Of a DNA stretch of 64,000 bases, positions 39,595 through 52,134 are shown one piece after another (the stretch's first letter is position 1; each line of letters begins with the position of its first letter). The DNA comes from Eledone cirrhosa (lineage: Eukaryota). The stretch spans positions 88,102,001-88,166,000 of the forward strand of contig OZ024741.1 of assembly GCA_964016885.1 (NCBI GenBank). The letters run 5' to 3'. The translations under genes were made by a program, and so were the position numbers. The notes under the pieces were generated by a model. It ran no database searches. It worked only from the letters and a program-made list of their open reading frames with translations, and was not told the DNA's origin.

Positions 39595-39789
39595 GGGCGG
39601 TGAATTGGCAGAATCTGTAGAGAGTCGGACACCATGCTTCATAGCATGGAGTTACGTCCCTTTACGGTCTGAGTTCAAATACCGCCGAGGTTAACTTTGC
39701 CTTTCATCCTCACGGGGTCGATAAAATAAAGTACCAGTAATGTACTGGGTAATTGCTGGCCTTGTGCCAAAAGTAGAAACAATTATTAG
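39595..39789 (+). mobile_element. tRNA-derived SINE with a Deu/Nin-like central domain (best-preserved copy)
   Basis: A-box TGGCAGAAT, B-box GAGTTCAAATACC, core GCCTTTCATCCT..GGGGTCGATAAAATAAAGTACCAG, (TTA) tail. Degraded copies at about 18910-19080, 45130-45250, 46915-47105, 50500-50665, 55400-55575 and 63065-63190 (+), and 61350-61550 and 63405-63605 (-). Confidence 0.8.
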
Positions 39790-39985
39790 AAACATTGCTT
39801 CATTTTTACATATCTAAGCATTAGTAAAATAACTAATAATTTCAAAAGTAATTTTTCAATTCCAATTGTTATGAACAGCAAAACATTAATAATAATTTTG
39901 TTCTAAGAAATATATATACATTTCTGTGTGTGTAATATATATATATATATACACACACAGAAATATATATACATTTCTGTGTGTG

Positions 39986-40016
<31 letters not shown>

Positions 40017-40020
<4 letters not shown>

Positions 40021-40188
40021 AACCAGTAAGACCCCGACAGCTAAGCTCAAGCTAGAATTAGCCGTCGAAACGGCTTGAGCTCAGCTGTCGGGGTCTTACT
40101 GGTTCCTATTACCCACTCTACTACCTCAAGTATTGAGTACTTTGGTGCGTTATGGTCCACCTGGTTCCTTACCACATTTCCTTCGTTA
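40017..40188 (+). mobile_element. Probable Penelope-like terminal fragment with half a hammerhead and an inverted 36-bp duplication
   Basis: Arms 40017-40052 and 40073-40108 are inverted with 1 mismatch; GAAA 40067-40070, 6-bp stem III, GTC 40087-40089; (TA)n on both sides. Confidence 0.55.
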
Positions 40189-41060
40189 TATATATATATA
40201 TATATATACACACACAGAAATATATGGGCATTTCTCTGTTTGTCTGTCTGTCCTTCCCTAAAACTCAAATGTAGGTGCTACAGAAATATTACCTTCCCCT
40301 TCCTTTCTCCACTTTGGTACTACCAAGAGAAACACTGTCGCTATAGAAACATTACCTTCCCCTCTCCACTGACTTTGGTCACTGAGGCCGAGGGAATCGC
40401 TGGTTGCTATAGAGACACCTTGCACAAGCCAGAAGTAACCAGTTCGAGGCGGTTCTGACTTGACACCATGCCAAGGACCATTTGAAGATATATTTCCATC
40501 GTTATATCATAACCTTTATGTATCATAACGTTTATATATCCGTCACTAATCTCTTTTTCTCCTTTTTCGTTTTAACATATATTTATTTCAAAGAGTTCAC
40601 CGTATAGATAACATATATATTTATACATGCATAAAAGACACACCGAGAGACGGTGAACATGTGGTGCCAAAAACATTTCTCATCCAAATCTCAACAATAT
40701 CAGTATATACACTAGATTTGCTAGCAGAAAACTGCCCACGGGTGGCTTTCTGCTAGTCTATATATATAAAACTGTAGTTGTCTGTGTGTCCTCATTTTGC
40801 AAAATCTATACAAATCCACATTTCTACTCTGATTGACTTCAAACATGCATTTATATATGCGGTCTAAAGATATTAACTGCAGCTTTTATTTTTAAATTTT
40901 CTGTTGTTAAAGGGGTGTTAGGCGCCGGTTAGCGATCTCCGTCGCACCTTTATAATCTGTCTGTATGCCTGGCTGTCTGCATAACGACATTATGATCAAC
41001 ACGTCATTGCTGACGTATTATCTTCGCCACATTCACACACACACACACATACATATATAT

Positions 41061-41670
41061 ATGGTGGCTGCCAACTTGTTTTCGAGTACGGCCACTACTT
41101 TATATCCATGTAGGAGAACCCCTACCGATGCGCTGAACGAGTGTGACTTTTTAGTCCAGCCAGCGACTTGAAAACTCTGGTACAAACACTACACTTGTGA
41201 CAATTATTGACACATAGTGCTGGGCCCATGGTACCATGTGACAACAAGTGCAGAGAGATCTCCAGATATAAAGCAATGCTTGTGCCGTGAAGCTTTTATA
41301 GTGAGCAAAGGCACTGCACAAAGCCAGTCCCACTCTCTTAACCAAGATGATATTTACCAAAAAGAACAAGTCAACATCATTGGATACCATCAGGGTTGCA
41401 GGTGTTATATCAGAGTTTTCCTTCTCCTAGAATTCTGCCTTGACAAAGGCTAAGGGGTCATCTCTCCCGGTGATTTTGGATGGCCATTGACTCTTAAGAG
41501 CTCCTTTGCCCTTTGACAGGTTTTGTTTTTAGTCCTGCAGGATGTCCAAAGTCACCCTCCTTACCAAGAAACCTTGGTGGGGTTGCCAGTTTAGTCGCCA
41601 ACGACCCGACCATGAGACAGGTTGTACTGGGATACATGTTACCAGTAGCACCAACTGCTGACCTGACATA
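41061..41670 (-). mobile_element. Non-autonomous bipartite RTE derivative (5'-UTR-like part fused to ORF end and 3' terminus)
   Basis: Minus strand has an RTE-5'-UTR-like motif CTAGGAGAAGGAAAACTCTGA (family assignment from memory), then a C2H2 finger [22 protein letters not shown] (41208-41122), a terminal hairpin CTCG-AAAA-CAAG (perfect in the 14-kb copy) and an (AT)n tail. Confidence 0.65.
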
Positions 41671-41984
41671 ACACATACATACATACATACATACATACAT
41701 ACACTTATATATAAATATACGCATAAAAATATATCTATCTATGTATCTAGGGCGGGTAAAATTCCCGAGATCCATGGACGAGTTCTCTCAAGCGTGAGTT
41801 TTGGCTGTGTAAAAAAGGTTATAACAAAAATTCCGCAATAAGGAGCAAACTGCCGAGGGTCATTCGTGGCGAAAACCACACAAAAGACCACGGCCACCCT
41901 GCTCACCAGGGCAAGCGCCCTCTCTCAGTTTTACACTACTCAGTCTACAGGCGCATAATCAGAGCGGCTCGGTCAAGTGCCGGA

Positions 41985-42505
41985 AATGTCCAGAAGCTAG
42001 GCACCGCTCTCAAGGAATATGAAGCAGTGAAAGGAGCAAAGTTAAACCAGGAAAAGTCGGTGGGTGTACATCTCGGCACCTGGAGAGGCAAGTCCATGCC
42101 ACCCGACAGCGTTGTGGGGTGCTGGACGGAAGGACCGGTTAAATTGCTCAGGGTCCGGACCTCCAGATGGGGAAAAACTGGAGCGAGGTGACGAACAGGG
42201 TGGCCTCTCTCACTAAGAAATGGGCCGAGAGGAAGCTGTCCCTGAAAGGTCGGGCAGAGGTGGCGAATGCGTTCATCGCATCCGTCATCTGCTACCGCCT
42301 AACTGTTGTGCCTTGCCCCAGCCCAACTCTGACAAAAATGGAGCACTTCCTCTTCCGTTTTTTATGGAAGGGACGTACTCCCATGGTCAGACGATCCATC
42401 TGCTGTCAACACCTGTTGCGTGGAGGGCTGGGCATGCTGTGGCTGATGATGCGCAAACACGCGCTGAGGCTGCGACATCTCTGGTGCTTCATTGATGGTG
42501 CAAAA
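41985..42505 (+). mobile_element. L1/Tx1-clade LINE ORF2 fragment
   Basis: Encodes YEAVKGAKLNQEKS and NWSEV..W..RKLSLKGRAEVAN..FRFLWKG..RGGLGM, the Tx1-type post-RT region. Confidence 0.82.
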
Positions 42506-42511
42506 ATGAGG

Positions 42512-42546
<35 letters not shown>

Positions 42547-42689
42547 ATTTCACTTTTATATGTATGTATAGATATACATACATATACAAACACAGATGCA
42601 CATATATATATACACATATACATATATATAAATATACACATAAAAATATATCTATCTCTCTCTCTCTAGGGCGGGTAAAATTCCTTATT

Positions 42690-42850
42690 ATTGCTGCCGT
42701 GTCCTGCGTCTCCAACAGACCAGTGTCTGTCCTTAGGGCATCAACATATGTTAACTTCGGTCTTCCTCTTCCAGTGTGTCCATGCAGGGGCTCCCACAGG
42801 AGCACTGAGTGCAGTGTCAACTCTGGATGTCGGTGAGCACATCCAGTTTG
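42690..42850 (-). mobile_element. Fragment of a different RTE-like ORF C-terminus
   Basis: Encodes HRHPELTLHSVLLWEPLHGHTGRGRPKLTYVDALRTDTGL. Confidence 0.7.
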
Positions 42851-43188
42851 TGAGTTTTTAACAGGCACTCACAAATAAACGTTTCTCATTGGAGGTGCTA
42901 TTACCAATGTTCTTACCCGTGCAACGCCAGAATACACTGCTAGTATATATATATATATATTTAAAAAAATAGAGGTGTAACACACGAGTTGTGATATATT
43001 AATTAGTAAAAGGAAAAGAAAATGCTGACAAATTTTTCCCAGTGAAAAATAGTTTAATTAGGAATAAGTATAAATTAGTAATAAGTATTGGTTAGTATTC
43101 TGTTTTAGTTTTAAGTTTTTACCGGTTGCGCATTTCACATGCTTTTCAAAAATAATTTTGAGATAGAGCGCTCGTGATATTTTTTTTT

Positions 43189-43460
43189 GTATTTCTCAAG
43201 AAATACGGTATGTTTATAAATACATTTAGAAAGCCATAGCTATGAATAACACTGGCAGCCAATACCACCTAGCAGAGTCTGACAGTTGCAAGAGCAAGAG
43301 AGATCATCCTGATGAGAACCAGTCGAATTTGAAGTGCATTGACGATTGTACCTCTTGTTTCTGCCAGGCATCGCTAGGTGGCCTTGGCTGCCAGTGTTTA
43401 TTCATAGCTTTGCTTTCTAAATGTTTATTTATAAACATACCGTATTTCTTTAGGAATACG
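43189..43460. mobile_element. Imperfect palindromic MITE (~100-bp arms) just upstream of NRBP exon B
   Basis: AAGAAATACGGTATGTTTATAAAT..CACTGGCAGCCAA..CCACCTAGC is inverted at GCTAGGTGG..TTGGCTGCCAGTG..ATTTATAAACATACCGTATTTCTT. Confidence 0.8.
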
Positions 43461-43553
43461 AAATTCAAATATTCTATTGTATATATATATATGTTGTTGT
43501 TGTTACAGTTGTTGATTTTTTAAAAACTGTAAATTGCTTTCTTTCTATTACAG

Positions 43554-43655
43554 GAAAAAATTCGACAGGTGTTTGACAATTTGATTCAGTTGGACCATCC
43601 AAATATTGTGAAATTTCATAAATACTGGACAGATACAGTTGGAGAAAAGCCTAGG
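43554..43655 (+). CDS. NRBP1: NRBP coding exon B
   Basis: CAG acceptor at 43551-43553; 102 nt = EKIRQVFDNLIQLDHPNIVKFHKYWTDTVGEKPR; GTATG donor; phase 0, in frame with exon A. Confidence 0.96.
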
Positions 43656-45553
43656 GTATGTATCTTCTCTTGAATTTTTCCTAGTTACTATATCTTCTAT
43701 GAATATTGTACAGGAATTCTATGTACCATATATATTCGAATATAAGCTGAGCCCTTATTTTATGTCTGAGAAATGAGAAAAAATTCAAACCCTGTGAATA
43801 AGTCCTGGCAGCTAATCAACATATTGTTTAGATGGTGTAGTTTTGAAATTCTCATGAGTGGAGAATATATTTATGAAGTTCTAATATTTTAATATTTAAA
43901 ATGTTTCAAGTGTTGTTTAGAGTATAGCTTTTGTTTCACAACTCCACTACATAATGATTTTTTTACCAATTTTTTAGCATATTGAAGTCCTTATTCATTC
44001 AAAACACCTAAAAAACAATAGGAAAAACAAATTTTATTTCTAAAGTGAAACCGGTGTAATATTCACCTCCAAAGCAAAAATATTTTAGAACCTCATTTAC
44101 CTAGATTTGCAGTTGAAGAAAATTAGCAAAATATTGACCTAAAATTTCACCATAATACCCATTTCACCATTTTTTTTTTTTTTTTGTAACATATTTCTCG
44201 GTTTATAAATGAGTAGATATGGTAATTTTTTGTTGTTTGTCTGTGGATGCAGCATGGTTGAATGGTTATTAGGTTTTGTTTGAAGTCATTAGGTACCAGG
44301 TTTGATCCTACTGCCTGGCATTTTAGGCAAATGTTATTTACCACAGCCTCGGGTCATCCCATGCCTTGTGAGTGAAATTGGGTGGACCAAAACTGTTTGG
44401 AAGCACATCGAATGGACTTTATTTAAAGACCAGCTTTAGCACACACTTGTCATGCTGGATCTCCCTGACATTAGGTGTACATGTGTTTGTGGAATTCTCA
44501 GTCACTTATCATGAACAGTCCTTTCCATTGATCAAGCAATTGGAACACCCAATGTTGAAACTGGAAGATGTCTGTCGTCTGTGATATGTTTATGTTCTTC
44601 TTTAGCTCCTGATCAACCCTAATCAAGCAGACCTCTAATCAAAGGCCTTCCTGTCATTTTAAGAAAATATGGGACTACATTATTTGATATTTTCTTTCCT
44701 TACTTAACATAGTAAGGTGTGATTTGACTAGTATTTCTAGCAGGTTGAGCAACTACATAGAGGCTTCTTCATTGAGTGTGATGGCTGATTGTATTTGATC
44801 TTGCTTTTGTTGGATTTGGTAGATGCTGTCTTGTCTTGTTTTAAAGTTGAAACTATTCTACTGCTGTCTGGGGTAAGGTGAGATGTTAAACAATGATGTA
44901 TGTGGTGTTACTGTTTGAGAGGCTCACTTGCCATCATTTTGTGGTGCTCTGAGGGGATGGTGTTAAAATGTTTTCATATGTGAAGGACTTTACTGATGTT
45001 AATTAGGACGAGGGGTGTAGGGGTGGAGGGTGTTTTGTAATGAATCTTTGTGAATAGTGTGAAGGTTTATAGTGGTCTAAATTTATGTTGAGAATTGGAA
45101 AGGTTGGTGATATGAAAATAAGACAGCAAATTGTCCAAGGCCTCAGTATTTGTTCCAGTACTCTGCATTCTGAGTTCAAATTCCACTGAGGTCAACTTTA
45201 TCTTTCATTATTTTGAAGTCAATAAAGTACCAGTCCAATACTGGGGTCTATTTTCTCTCTCTCTCATTTCTAAGATTTTGATACCATATTTTGTGTTTTT
45301 TTTATTTATTTATTTTTTAAAATTAAATCTCATCATGGCTTACTTGGATGGTAGACTTAATTCAGCACCTGGTTTAATACCTCTACCTAGCCTTTGGAAA
45401 CTTTTAATATTGTAGAAGTAATGGCAGCTTGGTATAGAAAGGGTTAATTATTTGATGGTGGATCTTATTTATGATGTGTTTAATGTTATGTATGAGATAC
45501 AATGTACAGTGAAAGTCAATTACTATCATGGAGGTATTGTTTCTGTGTTTCAG

Positions 45554-45643
45554 GTTATTTTCATTACAGAATATATGTCATCTGGTTCTTTGAAGCAGTT
45601 TTTAAAGAAAACCAAAAAAAATAACAAGACATTCCCATTGAAG
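45554..45643 (+). CDS. NRBP1: NRBP coding exon C
   Basis: CAG acceptor; 90 nt = VIFITEYMSSGSLKQFLKKTKKNNKTFPLK; GTAAG donor at 45644. Confidence 0.96.
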
Positions 45644-45865
45644 GTAAGACAATACTGTACATTATTGTAAAATTTAACCACCTGGTTTTTGTAATGCATG
45701 TAATTCAACAGGTGGATTGGTTGTGTTTTTTGTTGTTATTTTTTACATTTTGAATAATGTTTTGTGTGTGTGTTTTTCTTTTTGCTGATTTTTTTCTATT
45801 TTTTTGTTGAAAATGTTGATACATAGTTTGTATTACAAATTGCATGATTCATGTTTTTATAACAG

Positions 45866-45918
<53 letters not shown>

Positions 45919-48337
45919 ATGACTGCATTATCATCATCATTATGGTTATGGTCATAATCATCAAAGTGATCATCATAATCAGCATCATCATTACCATATT
46001 TGCAGTAAATGATATTATCCTAGAACATAGTATTTAATGTTATGGCTGTTTCCAACAAGGATAATGATGGAGCATATTATCGCTTCTTTTACTTTTATTG
46101 TTGGCAATGGATTGGCAGAATCATTAGTGCATCTGACACTTTGCAGTATTTATTCTGGCTCTCTACTGCCAAGTACTGGGGTCAATTTAGTTATTCAACC
46201 CCATTCCCCAAAAGTTTCTGGCCTCGTGCTTATGTTAGAAACAGTTCTTATAAATGTATTATATCTTTCTCTGTCATGTACGTGTATGTTTGTGTAAACA
46301 TGTCTTTCTATATAAGTATGTACACCTTCCTGCTAAAGTTGAAGTTTACTTATATTTATATATTAACTGGGTATTAGTTATGTGTGTAATTATAAATATG
46401 AGTTTACTTATGTAATTAAACCTATGTCATGGTTTCATGCAGTATCTGGGTGGATGCCAGTGATTTTTCAGCAGGTATGAAACAGAATTGCAAATATTAG
46501 TGTGTATGTGTGCGTGTACATGTGTAATGATAAAACTGGGGTCCTAATCATTGAAGAAACCAGCAACACACACACACATAATTGATTTTGTATTCCTTGG
46601 ACATTTTTTATAGGTAATTGATGTGAGGTTCAAATTCTTACCAAGTGCAGATGTTATACACATTGTTTTAATATTATTGGTCAGTTGTTGGTTGGGTGTG
46701 GCAAATTGACTAGAATTACTCCTTTTAATTAGCTGATGTTGCCAGTTCACATTTTAAGTGGAGTTTTATTCCTGTCTGTAGTTGAGAAGTGTTTGCTTTT
46801 GTGTCTGCACTTTAACACCATTGTGTATCTGTTGTTTGGTATCTTAACCCTTTCCTTACCATATTTCTGATTAGTACACAAAGAACAGGAGAAATGTCTT
46901 AACTTGCTATCTAGAATCATTAGAGCATCTGAGCAAATGCTTTGAGGCATCAATTTAAGACCATTATGTTGTGAGTTCAAATTCTGCTGAGGTCAACTTT
47001 GCTTTTTATCTTTCTTGGGCTGATACAATAACGAATCAATTAAGTACTGTAGTCAATATAATCAACTTTCATACAAATTGCTGGCCTTGTGCCTAAATTA
47101 GAAATCATCATTATAATTATATCGATATTAATATTGTTAATGATGGTAAATTTTTAACAAAATTCTAAGTCTTATGAAGGATGTGTTAGTAATTGTTGGG
47201 TTGGATTCTACTCTGTCAGCTTGGGTAAATTTGCAGTGTTAGTATCTTCTATATTGTAAATATGTCATTACAACAGTGCTGCTATTCAATTTTAATTGTT
47301 TTGAAGCTTGTGTAATCTTTTTTTAAGTTGGTATCAAGGAGATTCTTATTAAATATATACCTGGCTCACTTTTTGTTATATTTATTAACCTTATCATTAT
47401 CTATTATTTTCAAATTGTTTCGAAAATAATCAAGGATTTGTGGGGATTTAGTAAAATTATGATGGAAGGTTTATATATAAATATAAACACTTTAAAACAA
47501 ACAGCTTTATATCATAGAAGCATGGGTAGTTTCAGGCATTTTGATATCAAAAGGGTTAGCCTGTAGTTAGGATCTGCTGGGGAGTTTTTCTGTCTGTCTT
47601 TGAATATTATATAAGGTTTGCATGTGGTCTAATATTCTACTGTTTTGTATCTTTTACTTAGTAACATTGATATATTTGTTTGGATATATCTTTTTGTATG
47701 TTTTTGGTATGATATTTGACAGGAGCTTGAGGTATAGGGTATTTATGTTTCATAATCTACCTCCATTTTTTTTAAAACCAAATATGTAGATTGTAGATGT
47801 CATGTCGGTATTTAGGAGGTTTTATTTAGGAGTTTTTATATCTTCTAAATTATACTTTCTCACTATTTGAACATCACATGAATCAATTTGAAGAATGTCC
47901 AAGTAACCTTAATGGAATGAAGCTTCAGCTTAAAATAAGAGAATAAATAATGTGTATTGAATACTTACTCCTTTCATTGGTATTCACATATATACACACA
48001 TTATATATAGAAAGAAAGAAAAAGAAAAGTGAGAGTGATAATGCAATCATCAAATGACCAATATATTATTGTCTTAAGCCAAGAGCTTTGTGGTGCTATA
48101 AACAAGGCAATAAATTCTGCCCATCTCCCTTACTTATTAGCAGAACAGCTAAGAAAGGTGAAAACAATGTGACTCTTTAGTCAAGCACCAGACTTTACCA
48201 TGCAAGTATGAGATCATCTTTAGTGATAGTAATTATATACAATTAGTACTAACATCTTTATTTAACCTTCTTTTCATTTATCCCTGTCATTGATGTTTAA
48301 TTGTTGTATTAGATTTTCGTTTTTCACCTCAACACAC

Positions 48338-48386
<49 letters not shown>

Positions 48387-48820
48387 AGTTGACTCCATGT
48401 TTGTTCCTTTCACTCTAGTCTTTTGCACCTTCATCACATTTTATTTCTCCACATTCCCATATTTTTTTCTAGGGTCACAGTAAAAAAAAACAGGTAACTC
48501 ATTTAAATATTTCTTCACTTCATACTCATTATCTTAAACTCTCATTCTCTCTATCTCTCTTTCATTTTCCCTTTCATTTTCTATGTTGATGCTCATTCTC
48601 TTTCCTTCTCCTCTCATTCTCTCTCTTGTGTGCATTTTTTCCATTTTCCATCAATCTGGCTTTGGTAATAGCCATTTTACTTTTTCCACCCAAACTTGGT
48701 CTCTGCTGAATTCAGCTATTTTATTTTATAAATAAAATAAAATAAAATATTTTATTTTTCATTGTCTGACCATCTGACCATCTTGTTGCATTTCACTAAT
48801 AAAAAAAAAAAAAAAAAATA

Positions 48821-48851
<31 letters not shown>

Positions 48852-49494
48852 CTAATTAACTACAATTTTATATTGGAATAATTATTTTTACAACTCTTTT
48901 TATAAACTCTTCTTAAACTCTTCTTAATTCTACACCATCGTTCTAAAATTCTTACCATCTTAAAAATAAAACAGTTTAACATCCTATTTTTCAACTTAGT
49001 AACAGTAATAGGAGAATCAGAATGTCCAAAGAGAATATAGTTCAGGCCTCTTAACTGATATACTATTGGGGTTAAACTACTGTTTTTTGTTTGTATTTTT
49101 TTTTGTTTGTTTTGTTTGAATGTATGCGTGCAGTGAGTCCTTTGAGAAGGTATTTCACTTTGCCTCTCAAACTGTCTAGCTGAAACCTCTGTCAACAAGT
49201 ATGAATCTCATTTCCATTTTCCTTATAAATCCAAAGCACTGCACCTTTATTTTTTTTATTGGACTGTAGCCATGCTGCAATACTACTTTCTAGAGCAAAG
49301 TTGATTATATCACCCCACACTAACCCTCCCCATCCTTTTAAATAGTTTATCAACCTTGAAAGGCTTAGTGGGCTTGGGCATTATCTGAATTCAGATATAA
49401 TCAAATACCACAAGGTAATTTGTTTGATATTCTATTAATTTTGTTGTCTTTTTTTTACGTAAGAAGCCATTGTTTCTGATGGAATAGAAGAGAC

Positions 49495-50195
49495 AATATA
49501 ATAATAATGGAAATTGTGTACAGCACTCGGGTGCACTACAACTCATCAAAGGTGCATGTATAGTACATAGAATAATGTACAAATATCAGGAAAGTCAAGT
49601 CTATGAGTCATGATATACACACAGACATGCTGTGTGTGTATGGAGGGGGAATATCAGGTGTAGTGTTGGCGAATTTGGGGAAGCATAGAAGTTTTGAAGG
49701 ATGCAGTGTCCTGACAGCTAACAACTGATGCAGGTAGTTTGTTCCATGCTTCAGCAACTCTGAACGTGAAAAAATGTTTCCAAAAGTCATGGGAGCTGTT
49801 CTGTTTTCTGATTTTGTAAGCATGTCCACAGGTGTCAGAAATAAAGAATTCAAAAAGTTGCTCAGGGTTGTTGTTGGAAAGATGGTTAATAATCTTGTGG
49901 GTGTCTACCAAGTCAGTTGACAGACGTCGGAGCTTCAATGTATCCATGCCCAGGGAAGCAAGGTGTTCAGAGTATGGCAGATGCCTGATGGAGGGTATTC
50001 GTTTGGTTGCATGTCTCTGAACAGTTTCCAGGAGGTCGATATTCTGAACAAGGTAGGGGTTCCAGACTGATGATGCAAATTCTAAGTGTGGCTTCACCAT
50101 AGCTATATACAGCTTTCAACAGATAGCTCGAGAGCAGCTGATAAAGGTCTTACTGAGTGATAAGACACTTTCGGCCTTCTTGACAATTTATCAAC
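49495..50195 (-). mobile_element. CR1-clade LINE 3' fragment
   Basis: ORF 49654-50100 encodes VKPHLEFASSVWNPY..LETVQR.ATK..Y..L..L..L..RR..FFTFRV..WNKLP; (TTA)n tail at about 49497-49509. Confidence 0.88.
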
Positions 50196-52134
50196 ATTTT
50201 TATTTTCCCATATCTTTTATTAACTTGAAGATCTAATGATAACCCAACAGAAAATATTATAAAAATATAATAATAATAGTTATTTTGAAGTTAATGTGGT
50301 AAAAAGAATGTAACATTTAAGCCAGTAATGTGAGAGATCTATTGACAGAGAATCAAATATCAACACTTCACATGTCCATCATCCTTCTCTACCAAATGAT
50401 TTTTAACACTTGGCAGAAAATATCTAAAACCGATTTGTTAATTAAAATGTTTGTAATATTTTTGCTAGTGGACAGATATTTGTGATAATTTGCAGTATTA
50501 GGAGAATTGTTAGAGCATCAGATGATGTGATTTGTGGTATTACTTCCAACTCTTTATGTTCTATGTTTAAATCCCACCAAGGTCAGCTTTGCCTTTCATC
50601 CTTTTAAGGTGGGTATAATCAATTTTCCCTCTCTACAAATCGATGGCTTTGTGCCTAAATTACAAATGAGTATTGGAGTAAAGACTTCAATTTTTAATAT
50701 GATGCAGTCATAGTGTAGTTTTGAACTTTTCAAGAATGTCTTGCTTATACAATTTCATGAAGTACAGGTCATTAAGTGTTAAAGTACAAACAAAAACTAA
50801 GCATATCATTATGAGCAAAAAATGAAAAGAGTTTCTAAAATCATTTTAAATTATTGTTATTGTAATTAATCACAAGTTTTAACCAAAAATATGCAGGTTC
50901 TTATTTTGTTAGGACTGTGTAAACAATATCACAGTGACAGGCTTGTGTGCATGTCTTTGGATGCACATATGCATACACACTCATTCGCACAACCACACAC
51001 ACTGACAATCACACACATCTTTCAGTATCATAAAGCTGCAATCATTACACTATACATTCTTATGTCATTATTGTTATATTAAAATACATGCACCATTATT
51101 TATTAAAAACAAAACAATTTAACATTTTTGCGTTAAATTTTTCTAAGTCGGCATGGGTTGGATGGGACATTTTGAGGCAATGTCTACGACACACTTCCAT
51201 CTCACCAGATTTATAGACTTTCATGAGAATGATACATATGAATATGAACTATCTCCTTGCACAATCCTACCCAACAACTAAATACAACAAACCTAATCTA
51301 CCCCCCCCCCCCCCCCCCAAATACCACAAAATACAATGACCAAATTAAATTAAATTAAATTTAAAATCCAGCTACTATACTGCTACTAAGAGGATAATCT
51401 TCATGTGGCTAACTGATAAATTAGTGCCATATATTCTATAGTACACGAGATACTTATCAGAAAACCCTTTTGTACCAGAGACTATTCATCAGGAATCTTA
51501 GATCACAAAGTATCTGAGGAATGGTACAACATATTTACCAAGGCATTTTAAATCCAATGCCATAACAACTCTGCAAATTCATGCATGCAGACAGAGTTGT
51601 AACTACTTAAGGTCAATAAAGATACTGTAGATGGGATTGTCAGAAGAAACATTGCCATTTCCTTGGTGCTTTGTTTATTGTATTTATTTGTTCTCTATAT
51701 TTCTTTATAATCCACATACTGAAACTCAATATCCTGTGATGTATATATGGCAAACATCTGAAAAGATTTCTCTTTAGACATATATAAAGATCAAAGCAAT
51801 ATCAATCGTCATCTTCTCTCCCTGAATTATGTTCTCTCTGTCTTGTCCTTCTCCCTTCTTAGTAACCCCTTGTATTTTAGTAGCTTCATTGCTTTACTTA
51901 GGGCAAACAAAAGAACAAAAACATGTAATCAAACATTTGTTTCTTAAAACAATACAAAGCAAAAAGATTTTATTGACTATGAATATTTGTCACCTACAAA
52001 GGCATCACTATTTCTACCCAGCTCCACCAACACATTTATTATTTGTATTTATATAAATCATAAAAGTATATAATATGATGACACAAAGTTGATGTATCAT
52101 GCAGTGTAAATCAGATTATAAACTAACATGTAAT

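Noticed and set aside
39595-39690. tRNA gene
   Set aside because: A and B boxes are present but there is no cloverleaf, and it continues into a SINE core and tail with many degraded copies.
41560-41670. Possible HDV-like or twister ribozyme at the 5' end of the bipartite RTE
   Set aside because: A P4-like hairpin, CTAA and a P2-like strand are present, but no P1/P3/L3 arrangement or twister core could be fitted by eye.
43309-43330. CTGATGAG..TCGAA in the loop of the MITE
   Set aside because: GAAT instead of GAAA, and no stems I or III can be formed.
45452-45670. 72-aa ORF as a standalone gene
   Set aside because: Only 45554-45643 is NRBP-like and bounded by splice sites; the rest is intron read-through.
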